Assembly (NCBI GenBank): GCA_002189035.1
Contig: CM007991.1
Span: forward strand, 2,294,001-2,358,000
DNA length: 64,000 nt
Direction: 5' to 3'
Source of the DNA: Utricularia gibba
Lineage: Eukaryota > Plantae > Magnoliophyta
Shown here in pieces: positions 44,447-57,246 of the stretch. The notes under the pieces are model-generated. The model did no database searches. It had not been told where the DNA came from and was given only the letters and a program-made list of their open reading frames with translations. The translations under genes were made by a program, and so were the position numbers. Position 1 is the first letter of the stretch. Every line of letters begins with the position of its first letter.

Positions 44447-45560
44447 TGCCCAGCCCATGGGATGGCCCAATCATCTATTATTTTCTTTAGTTTAAACAAA
44501 AGAATTGACAAAAGTCTTTGGAGCCGCAGCCGGGATTGGGAATGGCGATCCGGAGATTCGTTCCAGGGGTGGTGGGCGTGACTCAAGAAGTGGGAATGGA
44601 GATGGGGATAGACACGGAAACGGTTGCCGGAGGGGAGTAGACCTCTAGAATTCCAAGAGGCTATGCTCTTCATTATGCCAACTCAATTCAAGGGAAGGCT
44701 ACGACGCTATGGTTAGGGTTATATTGTGATTAATTATTATCTGCTGCATTGCAAGGTATTGTTTGTCGAAATGTGGAACGGTTGGGTTTAGAGGTATAAT
44801 TTGACCTTTTGCCTTGGGTGTATCCTTGTTTTTTTTTAAATCCTGAACTGTGTATTCCTGCATACTGGCTTGAAGAGGATTGTAGTGCCTGTTCTTTGAC
44901 GATGTTGCTGCAACTCGTCCTTTTTTTCTGTTGTCGACTGCTCTGTCTGCAAGCTGGAGTTCTGTTTAGGCCCCTCTCTATTTTAGCTATTTTCAACAGA
45001 CACCAGCTCAGGTAGTCAGTACAAGATGAGCCTTCAGCTTTCAGAAACTCTTAAAAACCCGTGATTTATCATTCTGTTATGATGGTTCGGCCAAAAACTT
45101 GATTTTTAGATGATTTCTGAAACTCGTTTACTTATCATTCTGGCACTGTCATCAAGCTTGTGAATTTCTCTGTTAAAATATGTTGACAATAAGCTGCATT
45201 CTTGTAATGAAAAGAGGAACAGAAAAGGCTCGTATTTCTTGGTTGTGCATCTCTTCAGTACATGAAACTTTTTTGTACAATGAGCTAGAATCAATCATTA
45301 TGGTTATATCGATTGAACCTTGGGCTATCATTGCTTAGCAGCAGCAGCATGCACATGGGACAACGCTTTCGCGTCTCTGCTGTTTGGGGCCTCGTTTTGT
45401 CTGCCCAACGTTATAAGCTCTGGAAGATTTATTCGACACAACCCCTATATTGGTAGAGGACAAGGCGGGAGCAGGAAGTGATGGAACGATGCGGAATATC
45501 GACCTCGAGTCTTATAGCAACCATCCAGGTGACAAAAAATGTTGCAAGATATACATTATG
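44447..45560 (+). other. Unidentified gene-like or pseudogene-like locus
   Basis: Site II-like GCCCAGCCCA...GGCCCA at about 44447-44470, a GC-rich first segment with ATG at 44542 and an in-frame TAG at 44638, donor G|GTTAGG at 44712, several acceptor-like sites, and a coding-like segment at about 45335-45540. No product recognised. Confidence 0.3.
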
Positions 45561-45641
45561 TGTAGTCTTCCTAATTTTGTAAAACAGGAGTTCGAATCCA
45601 ATATCTTCAACAATGTAGATTGAGAAGGAGTTCATATATGG

Positions 45642-46479
45642 CTAATCTGCCCTTTGTACAGCGGTTTTGAAGAGAAGGATATGGAATTTCCGATCCAAAG
45701 AGAAGTAGATGAAGCCGCCGACTGAATGAGTCACAAAAGACCCAAAACTTGTACCGACGATGCAGTGCCACGCAGGACCATAAGCTCCATCAAACTCCTG
45801 CACCAAAGAAAAAAGAATCTATTTCAGCTAAGGTTTTGAAGATTCCTAGGAGTTGATCGGATACCTTCTTGATGGTTAAAGCCAGTGTCTTGGAGGTGAA
45901 CTTTTCCAAGCTATCGAGAGTTTTTCTGGCGCAGTCTACGGCGTGAATCTGCATAAACGGAGCCATATCTACAGCTAAAGCCTTAGCACCAGATGAAGAG
46001 AAGAACTCCATAATCTCCACTTGCGAGCTGCAAAATGATCTTCTTCCGAAGGGGAACGCCGTCGATGGAGGTGGCTTCGTTGGTTCGGGGATCCCTGTTT
46101 CGGGTTCAGGTGTTTCTTCGTTATCCAAGCCTTTGAACATCAATTTGGCCAAATCTCTTTTCCCAGATTTCGGCTTCTTGTCCGTAACCTTCACTATGGA
46201 GCTTTTCCTCTCATGTTGGCTACTGGATTTCGTCAAAACCGCGCAGGAGTTGTTGGAGATTGAGGGTTTGAACAGTTCAGGCTCGGGTTGGGGATGCGGA
46301 ATCGGGTGAGGTTTAAGCCCAATTCGGCGATGATTCCCGGCATAGAGTTTTGAAAATCGATTGGAGATATTTTGAATTGCAGAGGGTTGAGCAGCGAGCT
46401 TGGGATCTGGGAACGGGTGGAGGGACGGCCGTGGGCGGCAGTGTGCGGCGGCGTTATTCGTGGGTTGCTGTTGTTCCAT
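45642..46479 (-). CDS. Dynein light chain LC8-family protein with plant-type N-terminal extension; intron 45798-45864
   Basis: [36 protein letters not shown]|[35 protein letters not shown]...[10 protein letters not shown]. Confidence 0.92.
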
Positions 46480-47501
46480 CTGGTAATGTGTGCGCGCCAG
46501 GGGTTGAGTGGAGGAGTCAAAGATGAGGTGTGGAGTTTTGTTTAGTCGAGAGAGATAGGGACACAGATTGACGGGTAAAAAGGAAGACGAGACTGAGATC
46601 TGGGAGAGGGGCCAAGCTAAAATGCGCCGGGGTGCGTAGGATAAGGGGAGAAATTCCGTTGACTGGAACCCTGAAAACGGTGGTGTGCGTTCTGCTGGTC
46701 TGTCTCCCCAAGCCATGTGGGCATCCGTATGCATTCATGGCGCTTACCTGCTGCATTTTCAAAGCCTGATTCCGGTGAAGATGACTCTTTGGAAAAAAAA
46801 AAGTCCATTTGATTATGATAAAAATTCAGAGAGGAAGTAAACAGGGTAATTTTTGATGCAGTCATTGCAGAATCAGTAGTTATCAGATGCTAAGAATCCA
46901 TTCAAACTGGGAGAAAAAGAGAGGAGGTGAGCAGGGTGAAGAGAAGAAACTGGGGCTTGCTTCGGGTGAAACTTTTGAGCGCGAAAAAAAATAGAGGACA
47001 AAATTTGTAAAAGAAATCTGCAAGTTTCAGACTCGGGCAGTGCGAAAGATAATGAAACGACAATCGCATCGACGCAAGACGAGCTCACACTCTCGGTCCA
47101 TCGGAAACTGAACCCCATCTCAGCCGTTGATCTGGAGAATGTACTGCACGCTCCTCTGCCTGCGTTTCGTGTTGGGCCAACTTTTGAACCCCACTCCCAC
47201 CCTCCTGCTCGCTATCTATGGAAACGGGAAAAGAGAAAAAAATCAATAATTAGAGAAATCGAAGGAGGGAAACAAGAAATCATGTGGTTCTGGGCGGGAG
47301 TTAAGTGTGTTTTATGAGGAATGACTACTTGTAATAATGGTGGTATCTATTCTTACTCAACCCCACCGATGTTTTCCAGGTTACAACGCAGCAGGAAGGG
47401 AGTTCTTCTTACCAACTCTCCAGTTTCTTGTTCGGATTCATCCTTGGAAAGAGAGATAAAAGGTGGAGAAGATACTAGGGGTTTTCAGGGAGCTTCAAAG
47501 G

Positions 47502-50360
47502 ATGAGTAACTTGCAAATGCGAAGGAGTTTTCCAGTTTTTGTTTGTTTGGAAGCTTTTGCAATGACCCTTTTCTGGAGCTGTTCCCTGGCTCTCTCTCCT
47601 GATGGTATGAAGGTTTATATGTGCTAAAGTTCGAACATTTTTGAAGAAAGATGAAATCTTTAATGCGTGAACGTCGTTTGTTGTTGTGCATCGCGTTCCT
47701 TTTCTTCTGGATTCTCTTATGGCGTACTTGTTTTTAGGTATTGTGCTGCTGGAAGTGAAGAACAGCATTAATGACAGCAAAAGTTATTTAAGCAACTGGG
47801 TAGAAACGGATGAAAATCCCTGCCATTGGACGGGCATCTCATGCAGCCATAGTGAGAAAAGAGTAATCTCTTTGTACGTTGGCTTTCCTTTCTCCACTCG
47901 AATTCAGCAGTCCGCGAAACACCAATTTTTAATCCGATGAATTTGTTCGTAGAAATTTACCATATATGCAGCTTGGAGGGATACTCTCTCCCAGCATTTG
48001 CAGACTCGATAAATTACAGAGACTGTAAGTTTACGATTTTGCTGGATATTTTCTCATCATTTTGAAAGCCCATGTTCATTTGAGTCTCATTATGTTGAAT
48101 TCAGGGCTCTTCACCAGAATAGTCTACATGGTTACATTCCAATTGATATTTCTCAATGCTCTGAACTCAGAGCCCTGTAAGCGAAAATTAATATCTTTGT
48201 GGTTTCAGCATTTTAATTTTTGTCGTTTCATGCTTACTTTTGGTTGAAATAGCTGAATTCGCAATTTATGTGCGCAGTTATCTTCGAGGAAACTACTTTC
48301 AAGGAGGAATTCCCTCAAATATTGGAAATCTTTCTATGTTAACCATACTGTGAGTACTTCACCATCTATTGATCTATGAAAGTTTTCATACTTTGCATCT
48401 TAATGAGTAATCTTCTGCACAGGGATTTGTCCGGCAACGCACTGAGAGGTGCTATACCATCTTCACTAGGCCGTTTAACGCATCTAGCGCATCTGTATGC
48501 TTACAACTTCTCTTAAGTGTGGTATGATGTGTATCCAACAGTCTGTGTTGACATGTAATCCAATTCACTATCCACAGAAATCTGTCTGCAAATTTCCTGT
48601 CTGGTGAAATTCCGGACGTTGGAGTGCTTAGTAAGTTCAGGAGCACATCGTGAGTTCTTTCTTCCCTTTTGATCTGAGTCTACAATGCACTTTACTCGCT
48701 TCTCGGCCGTACGTGGGGGCTGTTTCTAAGACCTTCATTTGCATCATTTTAGCTTTAGTGGGAATCCAGAGCTCTGTGGGTGGCAAGTTGATAAACCATG
48801 TCGAACTTCATTGGGCTTCCCTGCCGTTCTGCCTCATGCTGAAACAGATGAACCCACAGGTGAATCACGTCTGAACCGTCCATATCCTGAATTTTTATAT
48901 TGAAAAGCTTTGCTGATGTGAAATTTGTTTGTTTTACAGTGCACAAACGATCCACCCACTACATCAAAGCGCTGGTTATTGGAGCTATATCTGCATTGGG
49001 ATTTGCTTCTATTGCACTCGTCTGTTTTCTCTGGATTCGTCTGCTTACTCAAAAGGAGCGAGCAGCTCGTCGCTACACTGAAGTGAAGAAGCAAGTTTAC
49101 CAGGAGCCAAGTATGATGATAATGCCTTCTACCTTTTTTCGGTTTCATTATGATGAAAAGGTGTATGATTGTAGTACCTATGAGTGCAGAAGCAAAGCTG
49201 ATTACTTTCCATGGAGATCTACCTTACACATCCTCCGAGCTTGTTGAAAAAATAGAGTCTCTCCATGAAGAGAACATCATTGGGGCTGGTGGATTCGGTA
49301 CAGTATACAAAATGATTATGAATGATCGTGGAACCTTTGCTGTCAAGAAGATCGATCAGGCAAAGGAAGGCTCAGATCAGGTATTCGAACGAGAGCTGGA
49401 AATGCTGGGAAGCATCATGCACATCAATCTTGTAAATCTGAGAGGCTACTGCAGGCTCCCCACTGCAAAGCTTCTTATATATGATTACTTGCCATTGGGA
49501 AGCCTGGATGATCTCTTGCACGGTATTTCCGATACTACACATCAGTCCATCTCGTTGAGCAATGAAATGTTGAATCTTTCCTGAGACATGATGAAATTTT
49601 TATGCAGATGATTCAGCTGCACGCCGTCTCCTGAACTGGAATGCTCGTCTGAGAGTAGCCATTGGGTCTGCAAAAGGATTAGCTTACTTGCACCATGACT
49701 GCTCTCCGAGGATCATTCATAGCGACATAAAATCAAGCAACATACTCCTGGACGAAAATCTGGAACCTCATGTTTCCGATTTCGGGCTTGCAAAACTGCT
49801 GGTCGACGAAGAAGCTCATGTCACGACTGTGGTTGCTGGCACATTTGGGTACCTTGCCCCGGGTTTGTTCTCTCATTCATCACTTCCCAATTAGTTCTTC
49901 TCAATCCTAACACACCATAGATTTCTCAGAGTACTTGCAGAGTGGGATAGCTACTGAGAAGTCGGATGTTTACAGCTTCGGAGTTCTACTCCTGGAACTG
50001 GTTACTGGAAAACGGCCCTCCGATCCCTCCTTTTCCAAGAGAGGATTGAACATCGTCGGCTGGGTAAGTAAACGCCCTCTGCCTCCAGCTTCGAAGCCAT
50101 GATAGAAGCTAACCCGGTTCTCTACTGGCATACAGATGAACGCCCTGTTGAGGGAGAATCAGCTACAGAATGTAGTAGACGAACGATGCCACGATGCGGA
50201 ACCGGAGACCATAGAAGTGCTTGTGGAAATCGCTATCAGATGCACGGATGGGAGCCCGGAAGCGCGGCCATCGATGCAGCAGGTCCTTCAGTTCTTCCAG
50301 CAGGAAGTGATGTCTCCGTGCATGAGCGAGCTATACGAATCCCCATCTGATAAATCGTGA
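47502..50360 (+). CDS. LRR receptor-like kinase, subfamily XIIIa (FEI/At5g62710-like)
   Basis: Signal peptide exon ending SLALSPDG|; [21 protein letters not shown]; single-LRR exons; [29 protein letters not shown]; kinase [48 protein letters not shown] at 47502 (or 47517). Confidence 0.92.
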
Positions 50361-51118
50361 TGATGCCTAGCCACCCAGAAACTCTCTGGGCTTTCCCAAC
50401 GAAGATATCTCATCCATTGTCTGTAAGATACTTTTGTCCGTTTGTGGCATTGATTTCTCGTCGTAGGCTTCCTTAAAACCATGTATCCACAATTCCTGTC
50501 TCTTCCCCTCATGCATTGCATCATATTATATAGTTGACGTCCCAGAAATCGGTTGATCACCAGGGCGGTGTTGTTTCGTCATATAATCGCATATAATGGT
50601 TTAATACTTTACACGAAAGTGGCCGTCGACTGCCGGAGCAATCAGGCGAGATACCCGAAGCAGTCGGCTCTATGGGTGTGCTGGGTTGTTGAAGGGAAAG
50701 GAGAAGAGCATTTCTCCTGCACAGGGGAGGGAGAAGGATTATGCCCGGTGATCAAGATTTGATTTTGACCAGTGTGAAAGAGAGAGAAACGGAGAAGGAG
50801 AAGAGGGAGGGAGCGGAGCTGCCGGGTGGTTGTTGATGTTATTATTGTGATCATCGTGAAAGCCATTGATTTTGCGAACGCTCTCAGAGCTTTTCCAACA
50901 CCTGGATGCTGGCTTTCTTCACCACCGCTTCTGCATTTTTTCCACTCACTCCCACGCCTCGATGCCAAAACCACCCTTCATCAATGGGGGAACCACACAT
51001 GTCATCTCCTTTCGACATTTACTTCCCAAATTTGGAGACGCTGGAACTAAACAGCAATCGCGTTCGCCTGCCCTAGAGGCTCCCCCGATTTCCTCCTTTT
51101 TCCTCGATTGATCCACTG

Positions 51119-52252
51119 ATGGAGAACAACGGCGATCTTTTTCCCCGGCAGGGTTTCACTGTCCCCCGTGGCGCCAGGATGCCCAGGTCCAGAGTCAAGC
51201 GTTCCAGCCTCGCTTTTCTCGCGCTTCCTCCACCTCCCACTCTGCGTGTAAATCTCTAGATTCCTCTGTTTTAGTTACCCTTTTCACTTTCACCTGCATT
51301 CCCTTGTTTTTCATCCTGAGTTGCAGGCACTTGATCGCTCAAAACTCCGCTACCTGTTCATGAAACAGCTCAAGAACAGCGATGTGGGAGTATTGAGGAG
51401 AATGGTTCTCCCCAAGGTTTACAAACACTGACCTTATATTATGGATTCCGCCCCTGAGGTCTGATCCCACATTTCCATACTGCTTCCAAATTGCAGAAGG
51501 AAGCCGAGGCGCATCTCCCCATTCTAGATTACAAGGAAGGGATTCAATTGGACATGACAGACATGGATGGTATTCACCACTGGTGCTTCAAGTACAGGTT
51601 GGCTTTCTTTTCTTCATTTTCATATAAATATTTTCAGCATTTGGATCATCACTCCCAGTTCATGATTCGGTGATGCTGATGACGCAGATTCTGGCCAAAC
51701 AATAACAGCAGAATGTATGTACTTGAGTCTACTGGTATGCGACTGAGTTAACTAACATGTGCAGTTGTTCAACTTCCACAACAACTGAAGAGCACCACCT
51801 TAAAAAGACTTTCCTTATCTGATGGTGACAGGGGATTTTATCCATGTCCATGGCTTGGTGAAAGATGATTACATTCTCGTGTACCAGTATATCGACGACG
51901 GGAGATATGTAAGGGAATGCATGATCATCCATTGATGCTTGCTTGCTTCTGCTGCACATTCATGTCTGAAAAGTCAAAAAATGCATGCTTTTAGGTGATC
52001 GAAGCAAAGAAGAACCGCGACCTCCCAACAGCAACACCGGCACTGGCATCCAATGCTGCTGATCCTGCTGATGAGTATGCACCATTCCCCTGTCTTCCGG
52101 ATGCATTCGAAGAACTCGATCTGCTCTACGAATATGACACCAGCTTCCTCGACGACTCACCACTGGATTACGTTGGGGAATCCATCTACTTCCCAAGCAT
52201 CGAATCCAACTACGAAGCCAGTTTCATCGACCTCCGCAATCCCCAAGATTGA
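51119..52252 (+). CDS. FUS3: B3-domain LAFL transcription factor, FUSCA3-like
   Basis: RMPRSRVKRSS|ALDRSKLRYLFMKQLKNSDVGVLRRMVLPK|KEAEAHLP...HWCFKYR|FWPNNNSRMYVLESTG|DFIHVHGL...|VIEAKK; C-terminal FLDDSPLDYVG motif. Confidence 0.85.
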
Positions 52253-52876
52253 ATTTTTCTTGGGACCCAGAATGGTGCTGTGTTGGTGAGGTTTCCCACA
52301 ACTCGCAGCCGTAGTTACTCACAGAAATAAGGGCATCTTTTGTTCACCCATGCCATCATCAACTACCCTAATCCCAACAAAACAAAACGAATCTGCAATA
52401 CCACGCAAACAAATTCCGACCCGATCCGATGATCCCATGATCGGATTCAGATACTCTCCATGAAAACAGTCTCACCGGTGTCTCAGGCGCTGACGGCGCG
52501 GCGGAAGCCAACAATGGACGCGAATTCTTGTATTGGGCTTGCAGGTTTCTTCTGTCAATGGGCCATATTTTCTTGATCTAAGGCCCAAATATTACGGTCA
52601 AGTTAATTTTGTAATTACTGACGTAAAAGAAAACAGCTTATTTTATTATTAAAAATAATAATATTTACAAACGCCAACGACTATAAAGATTATTAAGTTT
52701 TAATATTGACCAAAATAATTAATATTATTTTAAGATACTTTTGACCTTACTGTTGTGACCTCCAGTTAAATTTTCCGGATTCAATGCACCAACTGACTAT
52801 TATTTATATTTCCGTACACCCATTTTGGATATATAAAAATATCCCATGGTAAAAATTTAACCATGGTTAGATGAGA

Positions 52877-52907
52877 CTCAGCAGTCAGCAGTCAGTAGTC
52901 AGCAGCC
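52877..52907. repeat. Imperfect 7-bp tandem repeat (TCAGCAG) about x4
   Basis: actcagcagtcagcagtcagtagtcagcagcc. Confidence 0.75.
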
Positions 52908-52919
52908 GCATCCGTTTAC

Positions 52920-53790
52920 AAGCCCGATGATCGGCTTCGTGGGTCAGACCTGGAAACTCGGAGCAGATCGGCTCAGGAACTCGAGCATATGGTATCATTA
53001 GTAGCCCCTGGTGCATGCATCGCATCCCATCCCATCTCAAGACACACATCACTTGAAAGTAGGTTTTAAGCTCACCCAGGAAAAAGCCCTGATGTGATTA
53101 AATTTTGTGGGGGTAGGTGAATGCCTGGTAATTATAATACAGATGACAGAGAGCCTCCATGGATTCAGTTTAAGGGTAATCGGGTAGCTGAAATGTGTTC
53201 GGTTTTGGATTGCTGTGCGAGGTGATCCCATTAATCCATGCAGTTTTTCCGTAAGTTGCAGGCAGATTTCCAACATGCTGATGCAGCAGTACTGGAACTG
53301 GAACGCACAGGGTTTTCAGGTACTAAATACGAAGGCCTGGTTTGGAAAGATGTTGACTCTGAAGGCTGCTCTGGTCATTAGAGGACCCCGGGAATTGGTT
53401 GTCAGGCAACCAGTGATCACATGTGCGTTATTTGGTAAGACCTCCTTTCCGACTTCCAACCCTATGACGTCTGCCGGAGAAACAACCCCACCTGCAATGT
53501 CAACCAGCTGAAGCCTCGATGCCCTTCTTCATTGTTTCTGCAAACCTAACCCACGTGTTCCGTATATTCGATGGTTTCCAGGTTCTCATCTCCTCCAGGG
53601 TCGCTGTTGAATTGAATGGAGGCTGCAGTTATTAATATTTTAATGGTTGCAAAGTAAAAGCAAGGGGGGTTTGCGTGTATGGAAGTAAGTCAGTGAAAGG
53701 GATATATCAACCGTCAACCCACAAACGCACGCTTTGACCTTCTCTTCTTTATTCATTTCCAGGGGTTAGTTGCAGAGTACTCCATTAATT
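52920..53790 (+). other. Unidentified spliced gene fragment or small gene
   Basis: Canonical junctions 52992/53142 and 53176/53261 join in frame: ...QELEHM|MTESLHGFSLR|ADFQHADAAVLELERTGFS; next donor at 53320. Confidence 0.35.
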
Positions 53791-54701
53791 AGTAGAATAC
53801 GGATGGATAGATAATCACCTGCTGTATGCATCTCTTCTCGGGAAGAAAATCTAAACAAGGGGAAGGCAATTCAATATCGTCTCCTTCATCCTTCTGCGTA
53901 TGTAGCACCCCCACGACATAACTAATGTTCACAGTCGGGCCACATGATGACCATCTTGTTTGGGTTTCTGGTATAGCGCCGCCGTGTGGCGTCAACACAA
54001 TTTTTAATGACGCATTCGTGATAATCCAATTCCCAGAAAACGTTGAGCTCGGTAATCAGGGCTTCTGATCCCCACCCCCCACCGGGTAGATGGTGTGTGT
54101 TTGAAATGGAATGCTGGTTTTAGGTGCATGTGAACCATTGGCGCACCCCAAGAACCAAACTTTGACCGGCGATCTCCACGCCAAGTCATGTGAAATCAGC
54201 TAGACGAAACCCCATTGACTGGTAACCGCACCAGAATCCGCCAAACCTCGACTGGTCCACATCTTCATCCATCCTTTTGTTTTGGGTTCTTTCTGAAGTA
54301 CTGCTGCGATAGCACCAAGATGGTAGGGAGCAAATGGTGCTCTGTTCCGAGGGCAAGATGGTGATTTTGGAGGTGGGGGGAGAGACGTAGACATTTCTCT
54401 TGGGCACATCTCAAAATGTCGTCTCGAGGGACCTAAACGTTGAAGTTGAATTCTTCAAGTTGTTCTGGGCAAGTAATGTGTTGAATAGGCAGCCTATCAC
54501 AGGTTTTACTTTTATACTCTATAAAATACAAAAGATGGTCTTTCGTATTAGACAAGAAGTTGCTACCGGGGCATTGACAATTTGGAGGTAGCCATTAACT
54601 CTGATTTTTTTTATATGGAAAGTCAAAGAGTGCTGCCTCTACCGATATATACCATCATCCCTTTCCCTTCTGCAACACATCAAAGGGGAAGGAAGAAGAC
54701 G

Positions 54702-57246
54702 ATGGAGAGCAAGGCATCGGAATCCTGTAACGGGGATGACAGCAGCTCCCTCGAGGATATCGGCCTTCTGGTAAATCTATCGAGCCATCCTTGTTTCCTG
54801 TCCGTGAAAACGGGAATTCCAACATTTTTTGTTAGTTTGAGCGATTTGATGATTTGCGTGGAGCTTTGACACTCGTAAGTCTCAGGTTGGAGTTGGAGAA
54901 ACGAAGCTAGAAGATGAGTTGATTAAGCAGGAGTCTACTAAGCAGAAGAGCTTCATTTTTGGGACTAATCAGGCAAAGAAAGATATTCATTCTGTTGGAT
55001 TTTCTGCTCGCCAGTTTTTCCATTCGTATGCGAGAACGATCGAGTAAACAATATGCTTTTTGTACCAATCGGGGTTCAGAGTTTCAGGCTTAGCCTCTTG
55101 AACTCCGGAGAAAAAAACAGTAAACCAGGGAGAATGGCTTCAACTCTTGAAGCCAGGCAGCATCATTGACCATCTCATAATAAATGCCAAATAAACGTAT
55201 TCAATGATTGGTTATGCATGTAGATGCAGCATCCCTAGCTGTTTTTAAAACAATTTCCATTTCGTTGGAATCTGATCAATAGGCAAACCTTTGCAGGCAC
55301 AGCTCCAGAGGAAGACTGAGAGATCATCACCCGAATCTGAATCAAGATCCTCGTCATCAACCAAAAGAAAGAAGGTTAAAACCATGTCTCCCTTTTTCTT
55401 TTCCCTGTCAACATGGTAAAAATCGAATAGTCTGCTTCTACGCTTGACTGGTTGGCTTAGTTTGCTATCTCCTTGTTTAGGTTCATCTTTTGAAGCCTTT
55501 TTACCTACTCTCCATGTATTTGGTAGAATGATATGAACATGGGCAATCCAGATGCATTGTTTTTGTATCACATGGGCAAGTGTGTGACCATCTGTTGCTC
55601 ATCTTGAAAATTTTCAGTTAGACGATAAGCTGGAGTCGACGAAAGCGGAGATGGATCAAGTGATGGAGGAAAACCAGCGCCTCAGAATGTACCTTGATCG
55701 GATCATCAAGGACTACAAAACCCTAGAAGTGAGGTACATGGACATCGTTGGCCAGGAGACAATGAGAAGGCCCAGCGGGAACGACGAGCCTGATGACCTT
55801 ATCGCCCTGAGCCTCGGGAGAGCATCAACCGAGAAAACGAAGGACGAGTGTCGAAAAACGACGGCCAAGAAGGATGATGATTCCGCCGGAGATGATAGAG
55901 AAGCGTTGAGGCTGGGGCTTGATTGCAAATTCGACACCCCTCAAAGGTATCCTGACCCTACCACACCTGAACGCAGTGTAGAAGAAGTGAAAGAGGATTT
56001 AGCCGGAGACAAGTGCCCGGAGAAGACGACCAAGGGCACCGATGACGAGGGGCTGCAGCAAAATCCGATCAAGCGTGCTAGGGTTTCGGTTAAAATCCGA
56101 TGCGATACACCAACTGTAAGTAAGCTTGGAATTTTGCTTGTCTTCGTTGTGACACACTGTCTGTAGTCTGACAAATGTGTTGGCATGCTTATGTGGATGG
56201 TGCAGATGAACGACGGGTGTCAATGGAGAAAATACGGGCAAAAGATTGCGAAAGGGAACCCTTGTCCGAGAGCCTACTACCGTTGCACGGTGTCGTCGTC
56301 GTGTCCGGTGAGGAAACAAGTGCAGCGGTGTGCGGACGACATGTCGATTTTGATCACAACATACGAAGGGACTCACAACCACCCACTCCCAATAGCCGCC
56401 ACGGCTATGGCTTCCACGACATCGGCAGCAGCCTCCATGTTGATGTCCGGGTCGTCGAGCTCAACAGCGGGGCAAACTCCGGCGGCGGCAGCAGGCCTCA
56501 ATGGACTGAACTTCTATCTCTCCGATTCTTCGAGATCGAATCCCTTTTACATCCCGAATTCATCCATCTCAACTTCACCTTCGTACCCCACGATCACCAT
56601 TGACCTGACCTCCAGCTCCTCATCTTCCTCCTCCTCCTCCTCCCGGATGGGAAATGCGTTCGCTCCCAGATACTCCACTACCAACCTGAACTTCAGCACC
56701 CTGGACTCCAATCCTCTCCCACTTACATGGAGTGATGGGATGCTGAGTTATGGAGCTCACGAGCCACTGACGAAGCCCCCACAAAGCGTGGATGCGAACC
56801 CAATGAGCTTAGGACATCATTCACAAGACTCCCTTTTCCATTCTTACCTGCAAAAGGCTGTCCAAACCCAAAGACAGCAATCCCTTTGGCCCGACACTGT
56901 CGCAGCCGCGACCAAGGCGATCACTGCGGACCCTAGTTTCCAATCCGCACTGGCAGCCGCGCTGACGTCGATCATCGGCTCCAACGGCGGCGCTGCGGGT
57001 TCACTAACAAGCCAGATTTCAGGTGATCGTTCTAATCTCACCAACGGCGTCAAGGCATCTGAACCATTTCCTATATTATCAAGCTACCCTTCATCGACCT
57101 CGGCCGGAAACAAGTGTTCCTTGAGCTTCCTCAGCAAACCGTCGCCACCGAGTGGGGCGCCACCTGCCGGCGTCATGCTCATTCCTCCCACGATGCCGGC
57201 TTCCAAGTCGAATCCGCCCCATGACAACAGGGATCCCTCTGCTTGA
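54702..57246 (+). CDS. WRKY72: WRKY transcription factor group IIb (WRKY72/61-like)
   Basis: Exons 54702-54770, 54886-54972, 55297-55374, 55617-about 56116, about 56227 back to the MNDG acceptor-57246. Leucine-zipper [21 protein letters not shown]; [14 protein letters not shown]|[27 protein letters not shown]...[11 protein letters not shown]; [21 protein letters not shown]. Confidence 0.88.

Noticed and set aside
44712-44793. Micro-exon 44756-44793 (WYCLSKCGTVGFR or GIVCRNVERLGLE) resembling UMAMIT or PLAC8 snippets
   Set aside because: It would require a 44-nt intron, and the similarity is only a few residues.
44820-44828. GTATCCTTG, a possible U12 donor
   Set aside because: There is no defined upstream exon and no properly placed U12 branch site.
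46480-46734. N-terminal 85 aa of the listed 314-aa dynein ORF
   Set aside because: It looks like 5'UTR or promoter sequence that is open by chance; ATG 46479 is the more plausible start, though not proven.
52927-53175. Resemblance of LRGSDLE...ELEHM to a MADS K-box
   Set aside because: Exon sizes and heptad pattern do not fit, and there is no MADS domain nearby.
53860-54200. Thaumatin-like resemblance in one minus frame
   Set aside because: It lacks the Cys pattern and the WSGR.W.R..C motif.
55245-55571. 108-aa minus ORF inside WRKY, possible nested gene
   Set aside because: It is explained as antisense of WRKY exon 55297-55374 plus intron.
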